Part shown: piece by piece, positions 19,936 through 28,063 of the stretch
How positions within the stretch are numbered: the first letter of the stretch is position 1
Layout of the letters: the number at the start of each line of letters is the position of its first letter
DNA from: an uncultured Clostridia bacterium
GTDB taxonomy: Bacteria > Bacillota > Clostridia > Lachnospirales > Lachnospiraceae
Direction of reading: 5' to 3'
Assembly (NCBI GenBank): GCA_947347075.1
Contig: CANADC010000019.1
Span: 18,929 to 82,928, forward strand
Length of the DNA stretch: 64,000 bases
The notes under the pieces: model-generated
Databases searched by the model: none
The model's input: the letters and a program-made list of their open reading frames with translations, nothing else
What the model was told of the DNA's origin: nothing
Translations under genes and position numbers: made by a program

Positions 19936-20123
19936 TTGGGGGGGACGCTGACATCATTGGGTGATTTTCTGTTGGGGGGACGCTGACACCACTGGATGAT
20001 TCTCTGCTGGGGCCGTTTGCACTAAGGCTTCCTCGCAGCGGACACATAAGGCACGAAAAGACCGTGCCTAAGTGCCGGCGGGAAGCAATACCCCTGCAGA
20101 GATTCATCCAGCGGTGTCAGCTG
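19936..20123 (+). repeat. Structured repeat family C, copy C1, with duplicated G-rich leader
   Basis: Core GGGGCCGTTTGCACTAAGGCTTCCTCGCAGCGGACACATAAGGCACGAAAAGACCGTGCCTAAGTGCCGGCGGGAAGCAATACCCCTGCA. It is flanked by the complementary arms CTGACACCACTGGATGATTCTCTGC / GCAGAGATTCATCCAGCGGTGTCAG. The leader TTGGGGGGACGCTGACA occurs twice in tandem. Confidence 0.75.
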
Positions 20124-20190
20124 TGTATTCCAACCGGAACAGTCGCAGTATTTTGGTTGATTAAAACCGTTTTTGTGTGATTTTAGATAG

Positions 20191-20356
20191 TTTAACCTCA
20201 TCAAGGAAGTCCTCCGCTTTTAAGCCGTCAAGGCGAAAGCGGTGGGTGGGGATTTCCTTGTTTCAGTGAGAGTGCAGACTCCCACTGAAAAGCTGCGATA
20301 GCAGCTATGAGGTTAGGAGCAAGTAGCGAAGCGGATTGCGAATATCCAATTTGACT
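20191..20356 (+). repeat. Repeat family B, full-length copy
   Basis: Same architecture as 6955-7115. Confidence 0.8.
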
Positions 20357-20475
20357 CTATCAAGGAAGTCCCCCGCTTCTAAGCCGCCAAGGCGAAAGTG
20401 GTGAGTGGGGATTTCCTTGTTTCAGTGAGAGTGCAGACTCCCACTGAAAAACTGCGATAGCAGCATAGGATTACA
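20357..20475 (+). repeat. Repeat family B, tandem second copy (5' part)
   Basis: CTATCAAGGAAGTCCCCCGCTTCTAAGCCGCCAAGGCGAAAGTGG...CAGACTCCCACTGAAAAACTGCGATAGCAGCATAGG, directly abutting the previous copy. Confidence 0.7.
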
Positions 20476-20484
20476 AATTTCTTT

Positions 20485-20690
20485 TAACTCCAGAAGGAAT
20501 ATTCCAACAGTCGGAGTAGAGAATTTTTACGGGGCGTTGTTTTTAGAAGGAATGAACCAGCAGACCGAATAAAATATTTTTGTGAAGTATCATTTCCAGG
20601 GGGAATAAGCCAACAGGCGGAATAAAAACGTTTATGAGGTATTATTTTTAGGGGGAACGAAACAGCGGGTAGCATAGAGAGAATCTTTGC
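20485..20690. repeat. Degenerate tandem array of about 4 units of about 55 bp
   Basis: Units are AGAAGGAAT..CCAACAG.CGGA.TA.A...TTTT....G...T.ATTTTT. They are imperfect, of unequal length and have no spacers. Confidence 0.45.
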
Positions 20691-20797
20691 AGGGGTATTG
20701 CTTCCCGCCGGCACTTAGGCACGGTCTTTTCGTGCCTTATGTGTCCGCTGCGAGGAAGCCTTAGTGCAAACGGCCCCAGCAAAGATTCTCTCTATGC
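20674..20797 (-). repeat. Structured repeat family C, copy C2 (inverted relative to C1)
   Basis: Reverse complement of the family C core, flanked by the arms AGAGAGAATCTTTGC / GCAAAGATTCTCTCT. Confidence 0.75.
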
Positions 20798-20947
20798 TAC
20801 CTGCGTCCGGTTCTACAATACCAATATCTGGTTTATAATTGCTGAAGTGGTTTTCTTTTTTTCTGATAACTTTTCTTTAGAAATTGAATAAGCCTTGAAA
20901 ATTAGGGAAATACTCTTGGTAAAATTAGAGTATTGGAGGAGAGAGTA

Positions 20948-21169
20948 ATGCCGACTAAGAAAAAGAAAGAAATTGATTTGGAGAATTTAACACCAGAGGA
21001 TGAGATGAAATTAGAAATTGCAGAGGAAATTGGGGTGTTGGATAAAGTGCTGAAAGGGGGATGGGGAACGCTTTCTGCACGGGAAACCGGACGTATCGGC
21101 GGAATTCTTGGGACACGGAATCGAAAAAAGAAAGCACAAGAGGAAAAAGCATCTCAGGAGAATAGTTGA
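20948..21169 (+). CDS. Alpha/beta-type small acid-soluble spore protein
   Basis: 73 aa with start ATG 20948 (RBS GGAGGAG). KLEIAEEIGV...GGWGTLSARETGRIGGIL matches the alpha/beta SASP signature (EIA.E.GV...S..G..GG). Confidence 0.7.
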   Translation: MPTKKKKEIDLENLTPEDEMKLEIAEEIGVLDKVLKGGWGTLSARETGRIGGILGTRNRKKKAQEEKASQENS

Positions 21170-21293
21170 CTTTTTTGCTAGGAAAAACTATAATAAGTAT
21201 ATCATTTAGAAATGGAATAGAAAATTTTGGAAATGATAGGATTATTTACCGAGTGGAATGATCGGGAAGAAAGGCATAAAGGGATAAAGAAAA

Positions 21294-22028
21294 ATGCTGG
21301 AATTACAGAATGTTTCCTTTGAAGTGGAAGGAGAAAATCAGAAAAAAGAGATTTTACGGAATATTAGTTTAACTGTGGATAATACAAAGTTTATTGCTGT
21401 AACCGGACCGAATGGCGGAGGAAAATCAACGCTTGCTAAGTTAATTGTCGGAATTGAAAAGCCAACCATGGGAAGAATTTTATTTGATGGGGTGGATATT
21501 ACAGAGATGACCATTACAGAACGGGCAAAGGCAGGAATTAGTTTTGCTTTTCAGCAGCCGGTGCGGTTTAAGGGGGTTACAGTAAAGGATCTGATTATGC
21601 TGGCGGCGGGAAAAGAAAAGAAGCTGACGGTTGCCGGAGCTTGTAATTATTTGTCTGAGGTGGGGCTTTGTGCTAGGGATTATATTAATCGGGAAGTGGA
21701 CGGCAGTCTTTCCGGCGGGGAATTAAAGCGGATTGAGATAGCGACTGTGATGGCACGGGCATCGAAACTCTCTGTGTTTGATGAGCCGGAAGCGGGGATT
21801 GATTTATGGAGTTTTAGTAATTTGATCGATGTATTTGAAAGACTTTATCAGGAACAGAAACGTTCGATTATGATTATTTCTCATCAGGAGCGGATTTTGA
21901 ATATTGCGGATGAGATTGTGGTGATTGCAAATGGATCCATTCAGGCAATTGGAAAGAAGGATGAGATTTTGCCGGAATTGCTATCTGGTACAAGTTCCTG
22001 CAGGTATTATCAGAAAAGGGAGGTGTAG
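21294..22028 (+). CDS. SufC-like ABC ATPase
   Basis: Walker A GPNGGGKST. Signature LSGGELKRIEI and EPEAGIDL are typical of SufC. Followed 2 nt later by a SufB/D-like ORF. Confidence 0.75.
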   Translation: MLELQNVSFEVEGENQKKEILRNISLTVDNTKFIAVTGPNGGGKSTLAKLIVGIEKPTMGRILFDGVDITEMTITERAKAGISFAFQQPVRFKGVTVKDLIMLAAGKEKKLTVAGACNYLSEVGLCARDYINREVDGSLSGGELKRIEIATVMARASKLSVFDEPEAGIDLWSFSNLIDVFERLYQEQKRSIMIISHQERILNIADEIVVIANGSIQAIGKKDEILPELLSGTSSCRYYQKREV

Positions 22029-22030
22029 AG

Positions 22031-22948
22031 ATGGATGAGATTCAAAAGACCTTGCTTGAACAGGTAGCAGGACTTCATGAAGTGCCGCAGGGAGCATACA
22101 ATATTCGTGCAAATGGTGTCAGTGCGGAGAGGAATACGACCGCTAATATTGATATTGTAACAAAAGAGGATAAACAGGGGATTGATATTCGAATTAAGCC
22201 GGGAACAAAAAAGGAGAGTGTGCATATTCCGGTGCTGCTTAGTCAGAGCGGACTGACAGAGATGGTGTATAATGATTTTTACATAGGAGATGACTGCGAT
22301 ATTACAATTGTTGCAGGGTGCGGAATTCATAATGGTGGAGCAAAGGAAACTCGGCATGATGGAATTCATAGTTTTTTTGTTGGGAAAAATGCAAAAGTGC
22401 GATATGTGGAAAAGCATTATGGAAGCGGGGAAGGAACAGGAGAACGGATTATGAATCCGCAGACGGTTGTGGAATTAGGAGAAGGCAGTTATATGGAGAT
22501 GGAGACCGTTCAGATTCGGGGAGTGGATTCTACTAAGCGTTCTACTAAGGCAAAACTGGCTGACTATGCAACTTTGGTGATTAAAGAGAAGCTGATGACA
22601 CATGGAAAACAAGTGGCAGAGACTTCCTTTGAGGTGGATTTGGATGGGGAAGGTTCTGGAACGAATGTGATTTCTAGGGCAGTGGCAAAAGATGATTCTA
22701 GACAGATCTTTTTTTCAAAAATTAATGGGAATAATAAGTGTAACGGACATACGGAATGTGATGCTATTATTATGGATCGTGCCAATATTAGTGCAATTCC
22801 TGAAATTACGGCAAATCATCTGGAGGCAAGTCTGATTCATGAGGCGGCGATTGGAAAGATTGCTGGAGAACAGATCATTAAGTTAATGACGCTTGGACTA
22901 ACAGAGAGTGAGGCTGAGGCACAGATTGTAAATGGGTTTTTAAAATAA
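22031..22948 (+). CDS. SufB/SufD-family FeS-assembly protein (short form)
   Basis: 305 aa. Beta-helix-like repeat character with a C-terminal SufBD-like region. Operon partner of the SufC-like ATPase. Confidence 0.65.
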   Translation: MDEIQKTLLEQVAGLHEVPQGAYNIRANGVSAERNTTANIDIVTKEDKQGIDIRIKPGTKKESVHIPVLLSQSGLTEMVYNDFYIGDDCDITIVAGCGIHNGGAKETRHDGIHSFFVGKNAKVRYVEKHYGSGEGTGERIMNPQTVVELGEGSYMEMETVQIRGVDSTKRSTKAKLADYATLVIKEKLMTHGKQVAETSFEVDLDGEGSGTNVISRAVAKDDSRQIFFSKINGNNKCNGHTECDAIIMDRANISAIPEITANHLEASLIHEAAIGKIAGEQIIKLMTLGLTESEAEAQIVNGFLK

Positions 22949-22989
22949 GGATAAAGAAAATAAGAGAAGAGAGGGCGAGGAATAATTCT

Positions 22990-23298
22990 ATGGAGACGAA
23001 AGAAACAGGAGTTCAATTTGAGGAGTTAAAGGCTTGTATTGATCGGGCAGACGATTGTATTAGGGAGATTTTAGATAAGACAAAAAATTTGGATAAAATT
23101 GAAAGTCAGCAAAAAATTTTAGCATTGAATGCTTCAATAGAAGCAGCACGAGCCGGAGATGCCGGAAAAGGATTTGCGATTGTTGCTACAAAAGTCGGGG
23201 AATTGGCAAGCAGTTCAGCAGCGGTAAATAGTTCTATTAAGCAGTCGTTAGAAGATTTGGATCGAATTATTTTAGAGATGAAAAAATTGGAAAAATAG
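22990..23298 (+). CDS. Small protein consisting only of a methyl-accepting chemotaxis protein signalling-tip motif
   Basis: 102 aa. [31 protein letters not shown] matches the highly conserved MCP hairpin-tip region (LALNAAIEAARAGE.GRGFAVVA.EVR.LA). No TM, HAMP or sensor domain. Confidence 0.5.
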   Translation: METKETGVQFEELKACIDRADDCIREILDKTKNLDKIESQQKILALNASIEAARAGDAGKGFAIVATKVGELASSSAAVNSSIKQSLEDLDRIILEMKKLEK

Positions 23299-23305
23299 AA
23301 AAAGG

Positions 23306-23385
23306 GACTGCTGCAAAATATAGTAATTTTACAGAATATAGGGACAATCATAATACTATTTATTGTTTTGCAGCAGTCTTTTTTT
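23306..23385 (+). terminator. Intrinsic terminator (long-loop hairpin plus U-run)
   Basis: GACTGCTGCAAAA ... TTTTGCAGCAGTC 13-bp stem followed by TTTTTTT. Confidence 0.5.
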
Positions 23386-23477
23386 GCGTACATAAGTGTT
23401 GGGAGGAAAAGGACAGTTAAAGCAGGAAAGAGGTTTTTTGTTTTATTGGACTTTTTTTAAAAAATAAAAAAAAATAC

Positions 23478-23506
23478 TTGACGAATGATTATTTTATCAG
23501 TATAAT
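23478..23506 (+). promoter_or_regulatory. Sigma-A-type promoter for ssrA
   Basis: TTGACG, 17 nt, TATAAT. tmRNA precursor 5' leader about 45 nt. Confidence 0.5.
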
Positions 23507-23553
23507 AACTATTGTTCTGTAAGAACCATTCAACTGAAAGAATTGAAAAATTC

Positions 23554-23916
23554 GGGGTTGTACTGGTTTCGACGGGGATTATGAAGTTGGAGAAGCCACC
23601 TGCGGGTCGGAACCGCATTAGTAAACCGAAAATTAAATATAAACGCAAACGAAGATTACGCGTTCGCTGCTTAATAGCAGCTGTCGCTCTTAGGTAGCTT
23701 ACTGCTTAAGAATCCGGCATCAAGGAGGTAAGGAACTTTGTATCCAAAGCTTTGAGGGTATAAAAGAAAAATGAAGCTACTAAAGCCGGAAACCTGTCCA
23801 TGGGTGTCCGATAGAGGGAACCGTATAGAAAAAGGCTATGCATAAAACAGGGACTGTGGTGGGAGATGCTTTGATGGAGGAGTCTTCGGACAGGGGTTCG
23901 ATTCCCCTCAGCTCCA
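23554..23916 (+). ncRNA. ssrA: tmRNA (SsrA)
   Basis: 5' GGGGTTGTACTGGTTTCGACGGGG matches the tmRNA consensus GGGG..G..CUGG.UUCGACGGG. Internal tag reading frame ends ...ANEDYAFAA followed by TAA. 3' end GGACAGGGGTTCGATTCCCCTCAGCTCCA forms a T-arm plus a 7-bp acceptor stem with the G3:U pair. CCA is not encoded. Confidence 0.85.
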
Positions 23917-23942
23917 TCGGTTAAACGTAACCGTGTTATGTT

Positions 23943-24016
23943 CGAGGTGTGGCTCAGTTTGGTAGAGCGCTACGTTCGGGACGTAGAAGTCGCGTGTTCG
24001 AATCACGTCACCTCGA
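23943..24016 (+). tRNA. tRNA-Pro (anticodon CGG)
   Basis: Cloverleaf folded by hand. Acceptor CGAGGTG/CACCTCG. D-arm GCTC-AGTTTGGTA-GAGC. Anticodon arm CTACG-TTCGGGA-CGTAG with G37. T-arm GCGTG-TTCGAAT-CACGT. 74 nt, no encoded CCA. Confidence 0.85.
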
Positions 24017-24180
24017 CTGAATTTAAGCAGATGCGGATCGCGTCTGCTAATTTTTTTTTTCGAAAGTGCTTGCCAAAATGGTTGTTTGTGTTATATAGTA
24101 TATTCGAAAAGCTATTTGTGCCGAAAGGAACGAAAAAGAGAAAAAAAGGAATTGGTATGCAATTAGAGGAGGAGTATAGA

Positions 24181-24432
24181 ATGGAAAGCAAGACAGTTTT
24201 GGTTGGTGCACCTGCGGAAGAAGAATTAAATCCGGTAGCAAAGCTAGTGCAGATTGCTTGTCAATATGAAAGCTCTATTTATTTGGAGAATGGAACACGT
24301 AAGGTAAATGCCAAGAGTATCATGGGTATGATGGCACTGACACTTCATAAAGGGATGAGTGTTACAATATATGCAGATGGTGCAGATGAAGATGCGGCAA
24401 TGGAGAGTATGGCAGCATATTTAGGTTGTTAA
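24181..24432 (+). CDS. HPr-fold phosphocarrier-like protein lacking the catalytic His15 (Crh-like)
   Basis: 83 aa from ATG 24181 (RBS GAGGAGG, 8-nt spacer). Aligns along its length with HPr (KVNAKSIMGMMALTLHKGMSVTIYADGADEDAA). The GIHARPA region reads EEELNPVA, so the active-site His is replaced by Glu. The Ser46 context KSIMG is retained. Confidence 0.7.
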   Translation: MESKTVLVGAPAEEELNPVAKLVQIACQYESSIYLENGTRKVNAKSIMGMMALTLHKGMSVTIYADGADEDAAMESMAAYLGC

Positions 24433-24451
24433 TTGTGAAGGAGGGATATAT

Positions 24452-24913
24452 ATGCCAAGAAGGAAAAAAGGAACAGAAAATGAAATCGCAGAAAAGACTC
24501 AATCAGCAGTGATGCCGGAAGCAGTGGAAAGTAAGCCGGCAGAAGCAAAATTGGAAGAGGCTTCTTTGGATGAGTTGTTTATGGAAAATGACGGAGAGAC
24601 ATCCGTTCTAAAGCAGAGAAAACCAAGGGCAAAGAGAGGAACAGCAAAGAAAGAAACAGAAGCAGCAGGGAAAAGAGGGGCTGCAAAGAAGGAAGCTGTT
24701 AAGAAAGAGAACGGTCAGGAAAAACAGATTTATATTCAATATGCAAATAAAGAAGTCAATATAGTAGATATTGAAGATAGAGTAAAGAAGGCTTGGGAAT
24801 CAGAAGGACATCGTGCCGGATCGATTAAAAAGTTAGATATTTATATTAAGCCAGAAGAAGCCGCTGTATATTATGTGATCAACGGCAAAAATGCAGGACG
24901 TGTTGATTTTTAA
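24452..24913 (+). CDS. Hypothetical protein with Lys-rich N-terminus
   Basis: 153 aa. Good RBS (GGAGGG). Basic low-complexity N-terminus and a compact C-terminal domain. No motif recognised. Confidence 0.5.
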   Translation: MPRRKKGTENEIAEKTQSAVMPEAVESKPAEAKLEEASLDELFMENDGETSVLKQRKPRAKRGTAKKETEAAGKRGAAKKEAVKKENGQEKQIYIQYANKEVNIVDIEDRVKKAWESEGHRAGSIKKLDIYIKPEEAAVYYVINGKNAGRVDF

Positions 24914-24960
24914 TGATTTTGCGGCAGAGTAAGTCCCGGAGAGATCCGGGGCTTTTGTGT

Positions 24961-25128
24961 TTTTTAACCTATTAAGGAAGTCCCCTGCTTCTAAGCCGTG
25001 AAGGCGAAAGCGGTGGGTTGGGAGACTTCCTTGTGTCAGCTGGGGGAAAGTCCCATCTGACAAGCAGCGATAGCAGCATAGGATTATGAGGAAGGAGCAG
25101 ATTCCGAATTTCCTTATTTCCTTTGACT
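24961..25128 (+). repeat. Repeat family B, variant B2
   Basis: TTTTAACCTATTAAGGAAGTCCCC...GGGAGACTTCCTTG foldback with inner hairpins. 3' end GGAGCAGATTCCGAATTTCCTTATTTCCTTTGACT. Confidence 0.7.
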
Positions 25129-25135
25129 AAAAGAA

Positions 25136-25750
25136 ATGGAGAAAAGCAGTATGGCTAAAGGAGAAACCATTTACGGGATTACTTACAGAGATCCGGTGGA
25201 AGCGAAAAAGGCAAAAAAAGAGTGGGAAGGGATACAGTATATTTTGTCGCAAAATGATATGGAAAATATGGAGGTTGCACTTGCTGTATATAATAAATTG
25301 GCAGAACGCAATGTATTGAAAACAGAAGTTGGGACAAAATTTTTAAGGGAATGGAAAGAGCGGTTGTTAGAGGCAAAAGAGATCGAGAATCAGAGAATAT
25401 ATGGATTTCAGTTAGAGGATGAACAGTGGCTGCGGGTAAGAGAGAGGGACAGAGCGGAAAAAGAAGAACGGATTGCTCAGAAAAATAAAAAAAATACAAG
25501 TCTTTATTATCGGCAGAAATATTATCATGCCCTTATTTTAAATATTTTGTTGATTGCTGCTATATTGATTATGGCTTATATTACACTAAATAGTAATCAT
25601 GTCAATATATTAAATTATGAGAATACACTGATTAATAAATATATATCATGGGAAAAAGATTTACAGCAGAAAGAGGAAGAATTAAAAGAAAGGGAAAAAG
25701 AATTAAAGGCAAAAGAAAAGGAACTTTTCGGGAAAGATTCACAAAATTAA
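25136..25750 (+). CDS. Hypothetical membrane protein with coiled-coil segments
   Basis: 204 aa. One TM helix (ALILNILLIAAILIMAYITL). Glu/Lys-rich C-terminal repeats KEEELKEREKELKAKEKEL. Confidence 0.5.
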   Translation: MEKSSMAKGETIYGITYRDPVEAKKAKKEWEGIQYILSQNDMENMEVALAVYNKLAERNVLKTEVGTKFLREWKERLLEAKEIENQRIYGFQLEDEQWLRVRERDRAEKEERIAQKNKKNTSLYYRQKYYHALILNILLIAAILIMAYITLNSNHVNILNYENTLINKYISWEKDLQQKEEELKEREKELKAKEKELFGKDSQN

Positions 25751-25819
25751 CATAACTTTATGATAATTTTTAAATAGAAAAAGATCCAGAGATTAGAACG
25801 AAAAGAAAGAAGGAATAAA

Positions 25820-26500
25820 ATGGAAAAGTTAAAAATTCTGGTGATTGACGATGAAAGCCGAATGAGAAAATTGGTACGGGATTTTTTGGTGAAAAAGAAT
25901 TTTGAGGTTTTAGAAGCAGAGAACGGAGAAGAAGCGATTGATATTTTTTTTCAGGAAAAAGAGATTGCACTTTTAATATTGGATATTATGATGCCGAAGA
26001 TGGACGGATGGCAAGTCTGCAGAGAGATTAGACAACATTCAAAGGTACCGATTATTATGCTGACAGCAAAGGGGGATGAGCGGGACGAACTGCTGGGATT
26101 TGAATTGGGCGTGGATGAATATATCTCAAAACCGTTTAGCCCTAAAATTTTAGTGGCAAGAGTAGAAGCTATTTTACGCCGTACCAATGTGCTTGGTATG
26201 GATGAAGCGATTGAGATAGGAGGAATTCGTCTGGATAAGGCTGCACATAAAGTTACAATTGATGGAGAGGATGTAGAACTTAGTTTTAAAGAGTTTGAGT
26301 TATTGACGTATTTTATTGAGAATCAGGGGCTGGCGTTGTCTCGGGAAAAGATTTTAAATCATGTTTGGAATTATGATTATTTTGGGGATGCTAGAACCAT
26401 TGATACACATGTAAAAAAATTAAGGAGTAAAATGGGGGAAAAAGGGGAATATATTAAAACCATATGGGGAATGGGATATAAATTTGAACCGGGAAAATAA
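25820..26500 (+). CDS. OmpR-family response regulator
   Basis: Receiver domain (phospho-acceptor LILDIMMPKMDG, KVPIIMLTAKG) plus winged-helix output (DTHVKKLRSKM...TIWGMGYKF). Confidence 0.85.
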   Translation: MEKLKILVIDDESRMRKLVRDFLVKKNFEVLEAENGEEAIDIFFQEKEIALLILDIMMPKMDGWQVCREIRQHSKVPIIMLTAKGDERDELLGFELGVDEYISKPFSPKILVARVEAILRRTNVLGMDEAIEIGGIRLDKAAHKVTIDGEDVELSFKEFELLTYFIENQGLALSREKILNHVWNYDYFGDARTIDTHVKKLRSKMGEKGEYIKTIWGMGYKFEPGK

Positions 26501-26541
26501 GGAATCAGAGGGATAAAAGCAGAAAGGTATTAGAGAAAGAG

Positions 26542-28056
26542 ATGAGTAAAATAGCAGGTTTAGTAGGGAAAATACAATATTCTATTCGAACCAAAATAAT
26601 AGCATTAATGTTATTTGCGACTTTTGGTACAGTTTTTTTGCTTTTATTGATTAATAATCGATTTTTAGAAGATTATTATTTAATTAGTAAACAGACAAAA
26701 TTGGAAAATGCTTATGTGAGTATGTGTGAATTGGTACAGAGTAATAAAAAGGTGGATGAGGTAGCATTGGAGTTAGAGGGGTTGTGCCAAAAATCCAATA
26801 TTACATTTATTATTTTGGATGCCAATACAGGAATGTTAAAACCAGTCTATTATAATGTGCACAATGTACAGACCCTGCAGGATTTGGTAATGCCTTATTT
26901 ATTTGGAATTGAGAATAGTGCGGTGACTTTAAAAAGGGAAGAGGATTATAGTATTTTTCGAAATAAAGATAGTCGCTATTCGACTAATTTTTTGGAATTA
27001 TTCGGGGTGGAGCCTAATACCAGAGAATATATGCTGCTTCGTATTCCGGTGGAAAGTATAAAAGAAAGCGTAGAGATTTCTAATCGTTTTGTTGCCTATG
27101 TGGGAGGAATTGTCAGTATTTTAGCTATTATGATTTCGATTACGATTACTAGGCGTTTGACCAGACCTTTGTTGGAATTGGCAGAATTATCGGGGAAAAT
27201 GTCTAATTTAGATTTTGAGGCAAAGTATGAGCGGCACGATAAAGATGAAATCGGTGTGTTAGGGCAGAGTATGAATGAACTTTCCAAAAAGTTAGAGCAT
27301 ACGATTTCTGAATTAAAGTCGGCGAATAATGAACTGCAAAAGGATATTGAGCAGAAGATTCAGATGGAGGAGATAAGGAAGGAATTTTTATCGAATGTAT
27401 CTCATGAATTAAAAACGCCGATTGCATTGATTCAGGGATATGCGGAGGGGCTTGCAGAAGGGATTAATGAGGATGCAGAAAGCAGGGAGTTTTACTGTGA
27501 AGTAATTATAGATGAAGCAGATAAAATGAATAAAATGGTAAAGAAACTGCTGACTTTAAATCAATTAGAATTTGGACAGGAACAGATTACGATGGAGCGG
27601 TTTGATTTGACGGCATTGATTTTGGGTGTGATTCAGTCGGTTGAAATTTTATGCAGGCAGGACAAGATTACGGTTTTATTCGAGCAGCGGGAGCCGGTTT
27701 TTGTATGGGGGGATGAGTATCAGTTAGAGGAAGTGGTTACGAATTATATTAGTAATGCGATTCACTATGCAGGCGGAGAGAAGCAGATCGTTGTTTCTTT
27801 GACAAAAAATGAGCATACGGTAAGGGTGTCTGTTTTTAATACAGGGAATCCGATTCCAGAGGAGGAGTTGGGGAAGGTTTGGATTAAGTTTTATAAGGTG
27901 GATAAGGCACGGACAAGAGAGTATGGAGGGAGCGGGATTGGGCTGTCGATTGTAAAGGCAATTATGGAAGCTCATCATAAAGAATATGGGGTTCGAAATT
28001 TGGAAAATGGGGTGGAATTTTGGTTTGAGGTGGATAGTGATACGGGGGTTTTGTAG
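26542..28056 (+). CDS. Sensor histidine kinase (TM-HAMP-HisKA-HATPase)
   Basis: Two TM segments. H-box SHELKTP. N/G boxes (NAIHYAGG, GGSGIGLSIVK). It lies immediately downstream of the response regulator. Confidence 0.85.
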   Translation: MSKIAGLVGKIQYSIRTKIIALMLFATFGTVFLLLLINNRFLEDYYLISKQTKLENAYVSMCELVQSNKKVDEVALELEGLCQKSNITFIILDANTGMLKPVYYNVHNVQTLQDLVMPYLFGIENSAVTLKREEDYSIFRNKDSRYSTNFLELFGVEPNTREYMLLRIPVESIKESVEISNRFVAYVGGIVSILAIMISITITRRLTRPLLELAELSGKMSNLDFEAKYERHDKDEIGVLGQSMNELSKKLEHTISELKSANNELQKDIEQKIQMEEIRKEFLSNVSHELKTPIALIQGYAEGLAEGINEDAESREFYCEVIIDEADKMNKMVKKLLTLNQLEFGQEQITMERFDLTALILGVIQSVEILCRQDKITVLFEQREPVFVWGDEYQLEEVVTNYISNAIHYAGGEKQIVVSLTKNEHTVRVSVFNTGNPIPEEELGKVWIKFYKVDKARTREYGGSGIGLSIVKAIMEAHHKEYGVRNLENGVEFWFEVDSDTGVL

Positions 28057-28063
28057 GGAAATG

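Noticed and set aside
23512-23697. 61-aa ORF (MFCKNHSTERIEKFGVVLVSTG...)
   Set aside because: It lies within the tmRNA gene. A different frame contains the genuine tag-peptide reading frame, which ends AFAA-stop.
23938-24180. N-terminal extension of the HPr-like ORF through tRNA-Pro (164-aa ORF 23938-24432)
   Set aside because: The upstream part overlaps the tRNA. The internal ATG at 24181 has a strong RBS and gives an 83-aa HPr-length product.
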